Source: Octopus vulgaris
Taxonomy: Eukaryota
Assembly (NCBI GenBank): GCA_951406725.2
Contig: OX597815.1
Span: 52,018,001 to 52,082,000 of the forward strand
DNA length: 64,000 bases
Reading direction: 5' to 3'
Shown here: positions 61,577 to 64,000 of the stretch, piece by piece
Layout of the letters: each line of letters begins with the position of its first letter
How positions within the stretch are numbered: position 1 is the first letter of the stretch
Notes under the pieces: model-generated
The model's input: the letters and a program-made list of their open reading frames with translations, nothing else
What the model was told of the DNA's origin: nothing
Databases searched by the model: none
Position numbers and translations under genes: made by a program

Positions 61577-63351
61577 CTTTTTTCTTTTACTTGTTTCAGT
61601 CATTAGACTGTGGCCATGCTAGGACACTGCCTTGAAGAAATTTTCTTTGTCATTTGACCGAGATTTGCCTACCAATTCTTGCACAAAGTGGCTCCTTCCT
61701 TGTTTGCCTATGGTGGTGTTCATAAAGAGTGTAGGTAACAGTATAGTTTTGTTGCCTCAGAAAAGGTGTAAAAGCTGGTTTGTAGTGGTTATGATAGTTG
61801 TGGTAACATAACTGTTGTGCCATTGGTCTCAGCTAATTTATCATACCTATAATCAATGAAATTACATCTGTGATATCTTGCCTTTTCTTTCAGGCATAGT
61901 TTATTTATGACAATATTACCTAATGTATCCTTTATTTTTAAGGAAGATTTGACTGCTATTTCTAGTAAGTTGTGCAACTAATAGTGGCTTCCACATTTAC
62001 TTGTTTTCATATATGTTTATGTATAAGGAACCATGATAGATTTGCACATTTTTCTGTTTCACAAATTCAATTCAATAGAAGTGAAATGGAAACTTTACCA
62101 AAATATGCATTACAAAAACAAGTGAAAGTTAAAGAATGATCATAAATCTTTTCTTATAAATATTTATAAATATTCATAAGCTTGTCAGTGGGGACAACGT
62201 TGTTTTGACCTTTTCAGGTCCTCCTAGACTGGTGAGATTGATGAAGCTGATGTCTATCCAAAACATCAGCAGTAAAAAAATTGGGTGGCAGAGAGAGAAA
62301 TGGGTTTGGTCCAAATTATTGTAACAGTTTGAATTCTGCTAACAGCACTAAATGAGCTGGTAATAGTGCTGTCCCAACTTGCCTTTAATTCTTTAGGGGT
62401 TAATATAATAAACTACCATTCTGTGGTTGTGGATTGGTGGATTTGTTACAGTTTGGGACAAATACATTGTGGTATTTTGCCTGGCTCTTTGTGTTCTGAG
62501 TTCTTGGGTGGAAGACTTAATTTAATTTTAAATTTATTTTGCAAGAATTTTAATCTGAAACAATAGTGTTGAAACCAATATTGTTAAATTTCAGAAGAAT
62601 CACAACTAATAAAGTCTGTATAGATTTTTGTTAGTTATAACTCAGCAGTAAATATCAGCAGTAAAACATCAGCAGTAAAATGCCTGTTTAATGCCATACC
62701 TGGTTTGTATGTAACTTTAGCAGAGTACACTTTCTTATAAGCATTTAAGCCAGGTTTCTGCCTGAGTTTACATTCTTTCATTTCTCTGCTAATATTGGAA
62801 GCTTTGGGAAAAAAAAATTATGGATGTTGTTCTCCTTATCTTGACTAAATGGTTAAAAATCTATGTAACAAGTAGACAGAAAACTGTAAATAAAATTTCC
62901 AGTTTGTTAAAAATGTAAAGGAACAAATCATAGATATAACCAAATGAATAGTTTTGATTGAACTGTTTGTCACATTACAATATTTTATACTCTACAGTAA
63001 TAACCACACATATCTGGTTATTATTAAACAACCATTTCCTTCAACTGATAACTAATCACACTACAAAATCTCTCTGTTAGCCAGTCTCTGTACAATATCT
63101 TTACATTAATCTTCCTTAACTATTGACAATACTCTACTCTCTTAATTTCTCTTAACCAATCAAACTACAGTATAGCTCTTTTAACCAATCACAGAGCACC
63201 TCTTCCTGAACCAATCACTTCATAATATCTCTTCTTTAATCTCACATAACTAACTATCTACATTACATTATTACATCTGGTTTTTAATCTCTTACCATCT
63301 ATGGGTGTGTGTGTGTGTATACACACACACATGCGTGCACGGACATATATT

Positions 63352-63743
63352 GGTGCAGGCATGGCTGTGTGCTTCAGAAGCACACAGTTCCAGGTTCAGT
63401 CCCACTGCATGGCATCTTGAGTAACTGTCTTCTATAACCTTTAGCCATTCAAAGTCTTGTGAGTGGATTTGGTAAAAGGAAACTGGAAGAAGCCCATTGT
63501 ATGTATATATGCATATATACCTATGTATGTCTTTGTGTCTGTGTTTGTCCCCCACTGCTGCTTGACAACCGTTGTTGGTGTGTTTATGTCACTGTAACTT
63601 AGTGGTTTGACCAAAAAGGCTAATAGAATAAGTACTAGGCTTTAAAGAATAAATCCTGGGTTGAATTGTTTGACTAAAACCCTTCAAGACAATTTCCTAG
63701 CATGACTGCAGTCAAGTGACATAAACAAGAAAAAGATAAAAGA

Positions 63744-63745
<2 letters not shown>
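63352..63745 (+). mobile_element. SINE family A
   Basis: Colinear with 25121-25543. Confidence 0.9.
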
Positions 63746-63787
<42 letters not shown>

Positions 63788-64000
63788 TTTCTCTATATGA
63801 CATCACGTTGATTCTGTTTGAGCAGCAATGATGTTTGTTTGTCCTATATAAAGACAGTGCCCTGCATGTCAGTGGTTTCATCTATGAAGAATAGTAAAAT
63901 AAAGCATCCCACATGAAAGCAAGTATGGGTTGATTTTAGGAAGGGTATCTAGCTGAAGAATAGTGCTCCAAGGAATCTAATCCCATACTTCCATACCAGC

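Overview
AT-rich, microsatellite-dense animal DNA made almost entirely of transposable elements and their debris. The SINE/LINE repertoire looks like an octopus/cephalopod genome (inference). I can support no intact host gene, rRNA, bona fide tRNA or CRISPR array. Recognisable content: a near full-length decayed RTE LINE (APE, RT with an inserted PHD-type finger, modular 3' UTR) and many RTE fragments; R4/Dong-like restriction-endonuclease LINEs sitting in (TAA)n or (CATA)n; Penelope-like elements (RT + C-terminal GIY-YIG); three mariners with TIRs plus Tc1 remnants; a hAT fragment; Helitrons; a Gypsy remnant with a tRNA-Trp PBS; piggyBac-like MITEs; and three tRNA-derived SINE families, several with clean TSDs. 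The most notable signals are: (i) a near-intact minimal hammerhead ribozyme in the loop of a ~385-bp fold-back element (8818-9202), with several related fold-backs carrying decayed hammerheads; (ii) a SINE whose 3' end resembles the 3' half of such a hammerhead and that inserted beside a hammerhead cleavage site; (iii) a young 274-bp-arm inverted duplication nucleated in a (CATA)n tract. All calls are by eye. Edges without a TIR or TSD are approximate.
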